A DNA stretch of 55,523 nt from a virus (taxonomy: Duplodnaviria; Caudoviricetes), in IMG/VR virus record IMGVR_UViG_3300016474_000233, positions 1 through 55,523 of that record. One strand, 5' to 3'. The notes beneath the pieces were generated by a model. The model ran no database searches. It saw nothing but the letters and a program-made list of their open reading frames with translations, and was not told the DNA's origin. A program made the position numbers and the translations under genes. The first letter of the stretch is position 1. Every line of letters starts with the position of its first letter. Below, piece by piece: positions 29,124 through 36,382 of the stretch.

Positions 29124-29422
29124 TGAGCAAAGTTGAGTTGAGCGATTTTCAAAAACGGTTTTTGCTGGGGCAGGGTGCGGGGCAGCAGCTCTTCACCGAA
29201 AAAGAATTCGGCGAGGCGCTGGCGCAGGCCAAGGCCGAGATCATGGCCATCGCCATAGAGGCCAGCAAGCAGGCTGTGATGATTGAACGCCAAGCCTGCG
29301 CAGATCTGGTGCTGGAGGGAACCGGCGAGGCCGTTCAGTCGCAGTTCTTGGAGGCCATCAGAGCAGAGCGCCAGCGGCTGCATGAGGCCATTTTGAATCG
29401 CATCCCGAGCCAGCGGCAATGA
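29120..29422 (+). CDS. Hypothetical protein
   Basis: GGAGAG RBS; ERQACA motif. Confidence 0.6.
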   Translation: MMSKVELSDFQKRFLLGQGAGQQLFTEKEFGEALAQAKAEIMAIAIEASKQAVMIERQACADLVLEGTGEAVQSQFLEAIRAERQRLHEAILNRIPSQRQ

Positions 29423-29820
29423 ACCTCGAAGAGTTGCAGGCGGAGCTTCAGGAGTTGATCCGCAAGAACGGCAGCGGCATTCAGTTGACGTTGCCATGGC
29501 CGCCGAGCGTAAACCGTTACTGGCGCACGTTCCAAGGCCGAATGATCATCAGCGCTGAGGGCCGCTCGTACCGCAAGGCGGTGGCCGATCAAGTGTTGAT
29601 TCAGCGTGGTGCCAAGCACTACGAGGGGAAGCTGCGCGTCGTCATCGAGGCGTGGCGACCCGACAGGCGCAAGCGTGATCTGGACAACCTGCTCAAGGCT
29701 GTGCTGGATTCGCTGACGCACGCGGGCGTGTGGGCCGACGATGGACTCATCGTTGACCTGCGCATCTATTGGGCCGAGGACATCGGTGGGATGTTGAAAG
29801 TGAAAGTGAGCGAAGCATGA
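29419..29820 (+). CDS. rusA: RusA-family Holliday junction resolvase
   Basis: LPWPPSVNRYWR...PDRRKRDLDNLLKAVLDSL...VWADD. Confidence 0.92.
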   Translation: MNLEELQAELQELIRKNGSGIQLTLPWPPSVNRYWRTFQGRMIISAEGRSYRKAVADQVLIQRGAKHYEGKLRVVIEAWRPDRRKRDLDNLLKAVLDSLTHAGVWADDGLIVDLRIYWAEDIGGMLKVKVSEA

Positions 29821-30029
29821 ACGAAAGCGAAGCGTTGAAATGGACGTGGTTCAGTACCACAAAGGGCACGGTTGGCATCGCCAAGGTCAAGACCTTTGAT
29901 GGCCAGATCGAATACCGCATCAGCCCGGTTGACGGGTTCATGGAGAAGATGGACGTGCAGCAGATCGTGGCGTGGGGTGCGTGGTTCCCGCAGGCCGCAG
30001 GCGAAGCGTTGCTCGGGGGTGAGTCATGA
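29817..30029 (+). CDS. Hypothetical protein
   Basis: ATGA overlaps on both sides. Confidence 0.6.
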   Translation: MNESEALKWTWFSTTKGTVGIAKVKTFDGQIEYRISPVDGFMEKMDVQQIVAWGAWFPQAAGEALLGGES

Positions 30030-30199
30030 GGCAAGAGCCGCAGTTGATTGACCTATTTGCCATGTTCATTGTGCAGGGCTTGCTGACGGCCGAGGAGGTG
30101 GGCGAGTACAGCAATGAGCATGTGGCCGAGATTGCATACCGCGTGGCCAGCGCCATGATGGTGGAGCGCAAAAACTGGATTGGAGGCGACGATGAGTGA
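30026..30199 (+). CDS. Small hypothetical protein (57 aa, not in the ORF track)
   Basis: MRQEPQLIDLFAMFIVQGLL...AYRVASAMMVER; fills the gap between coupled genes. Confidence 0.6.
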   Translation: MRQEPQLIDLFAMFIVQGLLTAEEVGEYSNEHVAEIAYRVASAMMVERKNWIGGDDE

Positions 30200-30530
30200 C
30201 ACCGACGTGAAGGACCCCGAACGGGCCATCGAATACATTTTCAAGCACGGCAAGCGCTACGCGAAGGCCAAGGCGGACCGGATCTACATGGAGGAGTACC
30301 GCAAGAGCTTGAAGGCCATGATCATGAAGCGCAGCCTTGAGACGGCCGTCAACGCGCAGGAGCGTGAGGCGTACAGCGACCCTGAGTACGTTCAGCTCTT
30401 GCAGGCCCTGCGCGAGGCCGTAGAGGTCGAGGAGGAGATCCGTTGGGGGCTGGTGGCTGCGCAGGCTCGCATCGAGGTCTGGCGGTCTATTGAGGCCACC
30501 AACAGGGCGGAAGGGAAGGCCACGATATGA
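30192..30530 (+). CDS. Conserved helical phage protein
   Basis: GGAGG RBS; AQEREAYSDPEY...IEVWRS. Confidence 0.7.
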   Translation: MSDTDVKDPERAIEYIFKHGKRYAKAKADRIYMEEYRKSLKAMIMKRSLETAVNAQEREAYSDPEYVQLLQALREAVEVEEEIRWGLVAAQARIEVWRSIEATNRAEGKATI

Positions 30531-30721
30531 GCGGCCGGTGCGACCGTTGCTGTTTGCTGCGCAATCAGTGCCGCTGCGTTACGTCGTACAGACCGATGCG
30601 TTGTTTTCGTTGCGACGGCGGGTTTGAGGTCGGGCAGCAGTACAAATCCGACGCGCCAAACATCGTCTATCACGCTTGGTGCTACATCGCTGAGATCAAA
30701 GAAAATCAGAGGGGCGCATGA
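30527..30721 (+). CDS. Small Cys-rich hypothetical protein
   Basis: CxxC motifs; ATGA overlaps. Confidence 0.5.
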   Translation: MSGRCDRCCLLRNQCRCVTSYRPMRCFRCDGGFEVGQQYKSDAPNIVYHAWCYIAEIKENQRGA

Positions 30722-30999
30722 TTAAAACGTGGCAACAGCGGTGCGAGGAGCATCCAGATCATAACGGCATCGTGACCGATGGAATGATCCAAGCGCGGAT
30801 GCAGGAGGAGATAGACGAGTTACGCGCTAAACGACAGTGGCGAGGTCTGGCAGACGGTGAGGTCAAGCCCATGATTCAACGCGCTATGCAACATTTTGGT
30901 TTTGACTCGACGCAGTACAGCCTTGGTGGTGCAGCGACGATTGGGTTTTACGGTCTGGTGAAAGACGTCGAGGCTAAGTTGAAGGAGAAAAACGGATGA
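30718..30999 (+). CDS. Hypothetical protein ('W.GL.D.E...KLKEKN' family)
   Basis: Shares its C-terminal module with ORFs 34517 and 34816. Confidence 0.65.
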   Translation: MIKTWQQRCEEHPDHNGIVTDGMIQARMQEEIDELRAKRQWRGLADGEVKPMIQRAMQHFGFDSTQYSLGGAATIGFYGLVKDVEAKLKEKNG

Positions 31000-31238
31000 A
31001 GGACCCGGAAGACGAAGCGTGGGATGAGTTGGAGGCGACGATCAAAATGCGTGAGGCGGTATCTGGCTGGCGCAAGCGGCAAGTGATGCGCGTCAAAAGC
31101 TTTGACGAGGCCTTCGGGGACTACCTCAACAACCCAAGCGGTCCGCGCACTGCCAGCGATGAGGAGATGCGTCGGCACTTCAGCGCTGGGTGGGAGGCCG
31201 CTATCCGCAACGAGTGGGCAAGGGAGCGCAATGACTGA
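30996..31238 (+). CDS. Hypothetical protein
   Basis: AAGGAG RBS and ATGA overlap. Confidence 0.6.
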   Translation: MKDPEDEAWDELEATIKMREAVSGWRKRQVMRVKSFDEAFGDYLNNPSGPRTASDEEMRRHFSAGWEAAIRNEWARERND

Positions 31239-31377
31239 GCCAACGAAGACGTGTCAGGTCTGCCGCACGCGGCCCGCGATCAAGAAGGTCAAGCGGGCCG
31301 ACGGCATCCCGCAGTGGAAGTGCCAGATCTGCATCGACCTGAAGAACCGATCCGGTTTCACGAAGGCCAAGCAATGA
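31231..31377 (+). CDS. Small zinc-ribbon protein
   Basis: CQVC...CQIC; GGAG RBS. Confidence 0.55.
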   Translation: MTEPTKTCQVCRTRPAIKKVKRADGIPQWKCQICIDLKNRSGFTKAKQ

Positions 31378-31664
31378 CCACGCTGGCCGAGAAAAAGCAC
31401 ATGGGCCGGGTGGCCGAGCTGGGCTGCGCGGTCTGCCGCCGGATGGGCTACCCGGGCACCCCGGCCGAACTACACCATCCAAGGGCCGGAACAGGGGCTG
31501 GGAGACGCGCAAGCCACATGGACGTCATCCCACTATGTCCAGAGCATCATCGCGGCTCTACGGGCCTCCACGGGCTTGGGACAAAGGGGTTCCCAAAGCA
31601 CTGGGGGTTCAACGAGGCCGACCTGCTGGAGGACGTCCGGGCGTTGCTTAGGGAAAACACCTAG
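31374..31664 (+). CDS. Ref-like HNH nuclease (recombination-enhancement family)
   Basis: GCAVC...ELHH...VIPLCPEHHRG. Confidence 0.75.
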   Translation: MTTLAEKKHMGRVAELGCAVCRRMGYPGTPAELHHPRAGTGAGRRASHMDVIPLCPEHHRGSTGLHGLGTKGFPKHWGFNEADLLEDVRALLRENT

Positions 31665-31771
31665 AAAATAATTTGGGCCGGTGCTTGTGTGGTCGGTTTA
31701 AGTTCGTGTTAAACTTCAGACATCGACACAGCAATACCGCACAGTCGATGACAGCGAAGGAAAGCGAAATG
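31649..31771 (+). promoter_or_regulatory. Early promoter/leader cassette 1
   Basis: TAGGGAAAACACCTA near-palindrome, GTCGGTTTAAGT box, extended -10 TGtTAAACT, CATCGAC/GTCGATG hairpin, conserved 21-nt RBS leader. Confidence 0.65.
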
Positions 31772-32068
31772 CAAGCAATCATCTCTACCCCCGCCGCCCA
31801 CGACGTGGACACCCTTGGCCAACTGCTGGCCCAGATCGCCGAGCTGACCAAGCAGGCCGACGCCATCAAGGACGCCATCAAGGACAGCGCCAGCGCAGGC
31901 GGCGACAAGGTTGTCGAGGGCGACCTCTTCAAGGCCACCTACATCGAGTCCAACCGCTCGGTGGTTGACCACAAGGCCCTGTACGCAGCTCTGGGCATCA
32001 CCGCCGAGCAGGTGGCCCAGTACACCAAGACCACGGCCGTGTTCTCGGTCAAGGTCACCAGCAAGTAA
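31769..32068 (+). CDS. Hypothetical early protein
   Basis: Conserved leader; DTLGQLLAQIAELTKQADAIK coiled coil. Confidence 0.7.
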   Translation: MQAIISTPAAHDVDTLGQLLAQIAELTKQADAIKDAIKDSASAGGDKVVEGDLFKATYIESNRSVVDHKALYAALGITAEQVAQYTKTTAVFSVKVTSK

Positions 32069-32114
32069 TCAACCGGGGGCCTCGGCCCCCATTCAAAAGC
32101 GAAAGGAAAGCGAA

Positions 32115-32294
32115 ATGGACAACTACACCGCAGTGGGTATCGCCGAGGGCTTCATCGAGGCCGACAGCGAGGAGCAGGTGCTGGCCGCGTGGCAGCACCT
32201 CGTCAACACCGGGCTGGCGTGGAGCCTGCAAGGCTGGTTCGGCCGCACCGCCCAGCGCCTGATTGACGACGGCCTGATCGAGGTGGCAGCATGA
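32115..32294 (+). CDS. Hypothetical early protein (LAWSLQGWFGR motif)
   Basis: Conserved leader variant; WQHLVNTGLAWSLQGWFGRTA. Confidence 0.7.
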   Translation: MDNYTAVGIAEGFIEADSEEQVLAAWQHLVNTGLAWSLQGWFGRTAQRLIDDGLIEVAA

Positions 32295-32473
32295 AAAACG
32301 CACAGGCCGAGTACATCAACGCGGGTTACCGCTACGAGAAGGCCACGAGCGCCGACAAGGCCCGTGCGGTGGCGGAGATCATCCGGCACATGCTCAAGCA
32401 GGAATCCCTTGACGATCAACAGGACGCCCGCTACTTCATCGAGCGCGGCCGTCAGGAAGCGAGGCAATCATGA
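32291..32473 (+). CDS. Hypothetical early protein
   Basis: GAGG RBS and ATGA coupling. Confidence 0.6.
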   Translation: MKNAQAEYINAGYRYEKATSADKARAVAEIIRHMLKQESLDDQQDARYFIERGRQEARQS

Positions 32474-32655
32474 CCGAAGAATTCAGCACCGAGGACAAGC
32501 ACTACATCGCCGGGTTCGACGCTGGCTGCAACTACGTCATCCACGAGATCGAGCGCTGGGTTGAGCGCCACGATTTCGAGCCGCGAGTCACCGGCCCCAT
32601 CCTGACCTTGCTGGGTCACCTCAAGAGCGAAGGCCATGCGCCAGATCGCAGATAA
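32470..32655 (+). CDS. Hypothetical early protein
   Basis: GAGG RBS and ATGA coupling. Confidence 0.55.
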   Translation: MTEEFSTEDKHYIAGFDAGCNYVIHEIERWVERHDFEPRVTGPILTLLGHLKSEGHAPDRR

Positions 32656-33133
32656 GCCGCTGGCCCAGTACCACCCCAAGGTGGGAGTCCTTTGGCGCAG
32701 CCGAAACGACGAGCTGGAGCCGGAGGTGTTCGACGGGTTGCCGGACTGGATGGAGCCAGAGCAGTCTGATTTGGATCGTCAGCGTGACGTGCAGCAGCTC
32801 ATTGCTGAGGTGATGGACAGCTTGACCGAGCGCGAGGTCGAGATCTTGCGCTGGCGTTTTTGGGAGGACCTCACGCTGGAAGAGGCCGCCATCAAACTGC
32901 GCGTGACTCGTGAGCGCGTGCGTCAGATCGAGGTCAAGGCCCTGCGCAAGCTTCGCCATCCTTCGAGGCGCGACCGGCTGGTGCCCTACAGCATCTGGTC
33001 CCAATGGTTTAAGGATATGACCAAGCGTGAGTTCAAGACGCCCAACGAGCGCCAAGCCGCCTTGTGGAATGTGCAAAAGCGAATCGAATACCCAATCGGT
33101 TTGTGGGGTTTTATGGACAAGGTGAAAATTTAA
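32636..33133 (+). CDS. Stand-alone sigma70 region-4 (RpoD-like HTH) protein
   Basis: LTEREVEILRWRF...TLEE...VTRERVRQIEVKALRKLRHPSR closely matches RpoD region 4; no region 2 is visible. Confidence 0.85.
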   Translation: MRQIADKPLAQYHPKVGVLWRSRNDELEPEVFDGLPDWMEPEQSDLDRQRDVQQLIAEVMDSLTEREVEILRWRFWEDLTLEEAAIKLRVTRERVRQIEVKALRKLRHPSRRDRLVPYSIWSQWFKDMTKREFKTPNERQAALWNVQKRIEYPIGLWGFMDKVKI

Positions 33134-33193
33134 TCTACAATTACACCAACGACAGCGCGGTGCTGTCGTCTAACAGCGAAGGACAGCGAAATG
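33114..33193 (+). promoter_or_regulatory. Early promoter/leader cassette 2
   Basis: TGGACA-16-TACAAT, ACGACAGC/GCTGTCGT hairpin, ACAGCGAAGGACAGCGAAATG leader. Confidence 0.65.
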
Positions 33194-33526
33194 AACACCA
33201 CAATTAAGAGCAAGCAGGTTGAGTTCCTCAACGAGGGCCGCGAGTCACACGACTGGGGCTTCAGCGACAAGAAGGGCCGCGCACTCGGTTCCCGGGTTGC
33301 CTTCTCGGTGCAAGTCTTCGAAGAGGTTGGCCCTGAGCACGACCAGATGTTCTGGCGCTTGGCCCCCGGGACCTACTTCTGCTGGGTTGGCCAAGCCACC
33401 CGCGCTGGCGAGGCGTTCGGTGCGGTCCAGTCGTGGAACTACTGCAAGACCGAGGCGGAGCGCTTTGCCGCTGTCGAGAAGTACCTTGCCGGTGCCCGTG
33501 GTCGCGCACAGCGCTGGGCAGTTTGA
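33191..33526 (+). CDS. Hypothetical early protein
   Basis: Conserved leader immediately upstream. Confidence 0.7.
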   Translation: MNTTIKSKQVEFLNEGRESHDWGFSDKKGRALGSRVAFSVQVFEEVGPEHDQMFWRLAPGTYFCWVGQATRAGEAFGAVQSWNYCKTEAERFAAVEKYLAGARGRAQRWAV

Positions 33527-33538
33527 AGGAGGGATGCC

Positions 33539-33808
33539 ATGTACATCGCCGAAATCGAATCTCGCGTGGCAGGCATCCCCTGCCTGATTGGTGTCATCGA
33601 CTGGGAGGCCTACGTCCCGGCCTACACCAGCGGCCCGCCAGACCGCTGCTACCCATCCGAGGGCGGCTGCGGCTCGTGGGACGTGCTGGACCGCCGTGGC
33701 CGCAAGGCCGCGTGGCTGGAGCGCAAGCTGACCCCGGCCGACGAGCGCCGCATCGAGCAAGAGGTGTTCGACGCCATGGAGTCCCGCGACGAGTACGACC
33801 CGTACTAG
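33539..33808 (+). CDS. Hypothetical early protein
   Basis: AGGAGG RBS; GPPDRCYPSEGG...LDRRGRKAAWLERKL. Confidence 0.7.
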   Translation: MYIAEIESRVAGIPCLIGVIDWEAYVPAYTSGPPDRCYPSEGGCGSWDVLDRRGRKAAWLERKLTPADERRIEQEVFDAMESRDEYDPY

Positions 33809-33895
33809 GGAAAGTCCCTATATCAAGGGGGTTGTTGCAATCCTCTTGGTTTAATGTAGAATTACATCATCAACAGCGCAAAGGAGCGAATCATG
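33806..33895 (+). promoter_or_regulatory. Early promoter/leader cassette 3
   Basis: TAGGGAAAGTCCCTA palindrome, CAAGGGGGTTGT box, TTGCAA-16-TAGAAT, leader variant. Confidence 0.65.
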
Positions 33896-34093
33896 AGCGA
33901 AGACCTTCAGACCCAGATCAAGACCACCGAGGCCTACCAGTCGGTGTTCATCGACCGATACGACGATGGCGAGCTGTGGCTGTCCATCCAAGTCGCCGGT
34001 GGCGGTGCCCACTGCACCCTCACGTTCGAGCAGGCCCGGCAGATGGCTGAGGCCATCAACCGCGTGCTGGCAACCGAGAAGGTGGCAGCATGA
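33893..34093 (+). CDS. Hypothetical early protein
   Basis: AAGGAG RBS. Confidence 0.65.
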   Translation: MSEDLQTQIKTTEAYQSVFIDRYDDGELWLSIQVAGGGAHCTLTFEQARQMAEAINRVLATEKVAA

Positions 34094-34296
34094 ACTACGG
34101 TCAATGGCACGAGGTGTTCACCAACAAGGTGAAGGATTACGACTGGCACGCCTGCCGCCGGGCCTTGTTCGACTGCCACGACACGCTGGCCCTGCACAAG
34201 GACCTGCCCACCGACGACCCCTACTACGTCAAACTCTGGGCCGAGATCGACGCCCTGCGTGAGCGACAGCTCAAGATCGGCAAGGTGGCAGCATGA
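34090..34296 (+). CDS. Hypothetical early protein
   Basis: ATGA coupling. Confidence 0.6.
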   Translation: MNYGQWHEVFTNKVKDYDWHACRRALFDCHDTLALHKDLPTDDPYYVKLWAEIDALRERQLKIGKVAA

Positions 34297-34520
34297 AAGT
34301 CAAAGAGCTGATCGAGCGGCTGCAAGCCCTCGATCCCGAGCTGATGGTGGTACGGGCCGGGTACGAGGGTGGCGTCACCGAGGTGGGCCAAGTGACCATT
34401 ATCACCGTGGCCCTGAACGTCAACGAGGAGTGGTACTACGGCGAGCATGAGCAGATCGACGAATTCTCGCGCCGAGACCACAAGGGCGCAGAGCGGGCCA
34501 ACGTGGTGGAGTTGACATGA
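34293..34520 (+). CDS. Hypothetical early protein
   Basis: MKVKELIERLQALDPE, a common phage N-terminus. Confidence 0.65.
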   Translation: MKVKELIERLQALDPELMVVRAGYEGGVTEVGQVTIITVALNVNEEWYYGEHEQIDEFSRRDHKGAERANVVELT

Positions 34521-34819
34521 CCCCGATGGCATACCTTTACATCTGCGACGGCGACATTGACCACCCGGTGCTGACCCACAAAAAAATGGACTGGCCCGAG
34601 AAGTACCCGCACTGGCAGGAGATACCGCTTGTGATGGCGCAAGAGCATGCGGGGTTTGTGGACTCTAAGCTAAACCCAATTCAGCGCACATGGATTGGCA
34701 TGCCTGATGATGAAAAAGAAAAATTTGTGATTGCGTATTACCCGTCGAGCTGGGACAGAAAAACGGCGGTTGCTTTGATAAACAACTACGAGGCGTACCT
34801 CAAGGAGAAGAACACATGA
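34517..34819 (+). CDS. Hypothetical protein ('W.G..D.E...LKEKNT' family)
   Basis: Shared C-terminal module. Confidence 0.6.
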   Translation: MTPMAYLYICDGDIDHPVLTHKKMDWPEKYPHWQEIPLVMAQEHAGFVDSKLNPIQRTWIGMPDDEKEKFVIAYYPSSWDRKTAVALINNYEAYLKEKNT

Positions 34820-35085
34820 GCGACAGACAACTTATTGCAGACCTGCTGAGTGCGCTGGAATATCACACTGAGCAGACGCGTCCGATTGAGTTCAGCAAGG
34901 TGGCGATTGAAGCCGCCCGTGAATACCTGCGAAAGCCAGCACAGCCAAGCAAGCCGTGGATTGGGCTGACGGATGAGGAGATTGCGGAGTTGCACTGCGA
35001 AATTAAAGTTCGATTGATGGGCACATACAAAACCGAAGACATCTACCGAGCCATCGAAGCCAAACTCAAGGAGAAGAACACATGA
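34816..35085 (+). CDS. Hypothetical protein ('W.GLTDEE...KLKEKNT' family)
   Basis: Shared C-terminal module. Confidence 0.65.
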   Translation: MSDRQLIADLLSALEYHTEQTRPIEFSKVAIEAAREYLRKPAQPSKPWIGLTDEEIAELHCEIKVRLMGTYKTEDIYRAIEAKLKEKNT

Positions 35086-35225
35086 ATAAGCAAGAGATCG
35101 ACGAAATGATGAATCACCTTCCCAGCCAACAACCGCAAGAATCATTGCGTGACAAGGTGTTGATTGGTACAATGTTCGCTGTGTTTTTGATCGTGGTTTG
35201 CATGCTGCCCGACATCATGCGGTAA
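35082..35225 (+). CDS. Small membrane protein (47 aa, not in the ORF track)
   Basis: AAGGAG RBS, ATGA overlap, C-terminal hydrophobic helix VLIGTMFAVFLIVVCML. Confidence 0.5.
   Translation: MNKQEIDEMMNHLPSQQPQESLRDKVLIGTMFAVFLIVVCMLPDIMR
35145..35173 (+). promoter_or_regulatory. Sigma70-like promoter upstream of the packaging/late region
   Basis: TTGCGT-17 bp-TACAAT with an extended TG. Confidence 0.55.
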
Positions 35226-35264
35226 GCGAATCAAAACCGAGTCGGTTCCCGGCGAGAGCTGGGG

Positions 35265-35340
35265 CCAACACGCATGAGGGTTCGGGCATTCACTTGCCCA
35301 TCGGAATCGAGAAACCGAGGGGAGCCCCCAGCCGTGTTGG
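35265..35340 (+). ncRNA. Candidate structured RNA (multi-stem junction)
   Basis: CCAACACG/CGTGTTGG and GGGTTC/GAGCCC closing stems enclose GGGCA/TGCCC and TCGG/CCGA hairpins, in an intergenic region. Confidence 0.5.
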
Positions 35341-35465
35341 GTTTACAGTCCCGGCGAATAAGTATTCAATCAAGCGAACTGCAAGCGATCCGAAAGCGAA
35401 GAGAAACCGACTCGGTTTCGACCGGCACAAGGCGGCCGGGTACACAAAACAACACGGAGAGCCAC

Positions 35466-35699
35466 ATGGCAGAACGCATCTACATCGTCCACGGCCCGCA
35501 GGGCACCCGACTGGTCAAAGCCGGTCTTCGGCAGCAGGCCCTGAGCCACGTCGCGAACAGCACGTTCGTGATCCGCGTCGCGTCCCAAGATGAGCTGGTC
35601 AACGCCCTGACCGCAGGCATCAAGGTCGAGCAGTACCGCAACGGCGACCACCCCGACCAGCAGGAGCTGATCGAGGACAGTGAGTCGCCCGGAAACTAA
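35466..35699 (+). CDS. Hypothetical protein
   Basis: GGAGAG RBS; RIYIV...RLVKA...ALSHVA. Confidence 0.7.
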   Translation: MAERIYIVHGPQGTRLVKAGLRQQALSHVANSTFVIRVASQDELVNALTAGIKVEQYRNGDHPDQQELIEDSESPGN

Positions 35700-35746
35700 G
35701 CGAATCGGTTACGATCTGGCCAGATCAACGGACGAGGAATACGGTC

Positions 35747-36382
35747 ATGCCAGAAACCGCCGCCAAGAAGCCACGGAAACAGCCCCAGAAGGCCGCAAAG
35801 CCTCAAGCCAAGGGTAAGGGTGCCACGACGCCCGAAAACGCCCCAGAGGCCCCAAAAAAGAAGATGGGTGCCCCAAAGGGATCAGGATCAAAGTACACCG
35901 AAGAGCTTGCAGACCAGATCTGCGACCTTGTCTCCAACGGAGTGAACCTTCGCAAGGTATGCCGTATGGAGGGGATGCCAAGTTGGCGGACGATTTACGA
36001 TTGGGTTGTTGCGCGGCCTGACTTTGCCGCACGCCTCGCACGCGCGCGCGAACTGGGCTACGACGCACTGGCCGAGGAGGCCCTCGAAATCAGCAACACG
36101 CCGCACCTTGGCCAGAAGAAGGTCTTCAGCTCCGGCGCTGAGGAGGGCGAGGACAGCATGACGGTGACCGAGGAGGACATGCTTGGCCACCGCAAGCTTC
36201 AGATCGAGACCCGGCTCAAGCTGCTGGCCGTCTGGGACCCCAAGCGTTACGGCAACAAGGTCCAGCTCGGTGGCGACGCCGACAACCCCATCAAGGTCAA
36301 GGCTGAGGTGCAGGCCGAGGAGCTGCTGGGTGCCCTTCTCAAGAACGTAGAGCTGCGCTCACAGGCCGACGCGCATGAGTGA
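35747..36382 (+). CDS. Terminase small subunit
   Basis: SKYTEELADQICDLVSNG...MPSWRTIYDW...RKLQIETRLKLLAVWDPKRYG; directly upstream of TerL. Confidence 0.85.
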   Translation: MPETAAKKPRKQPQKAAKPQAKGKGATTPENAPEAPKKKMGAPKGSGSKYTEELADQICDLVSNGVNLRKVCRMEGMPSWRTIYDWVVARPDFAARLARARELGYDALAEEALEISNTPHLGQKKVFSSGAEEGEDSMTVTEEDMLGHRKLQIETRLKLLAVWDPKRYGNKVQLGGDADNPIKVKAEVQAEELLGALLKNVELRSQADAHE

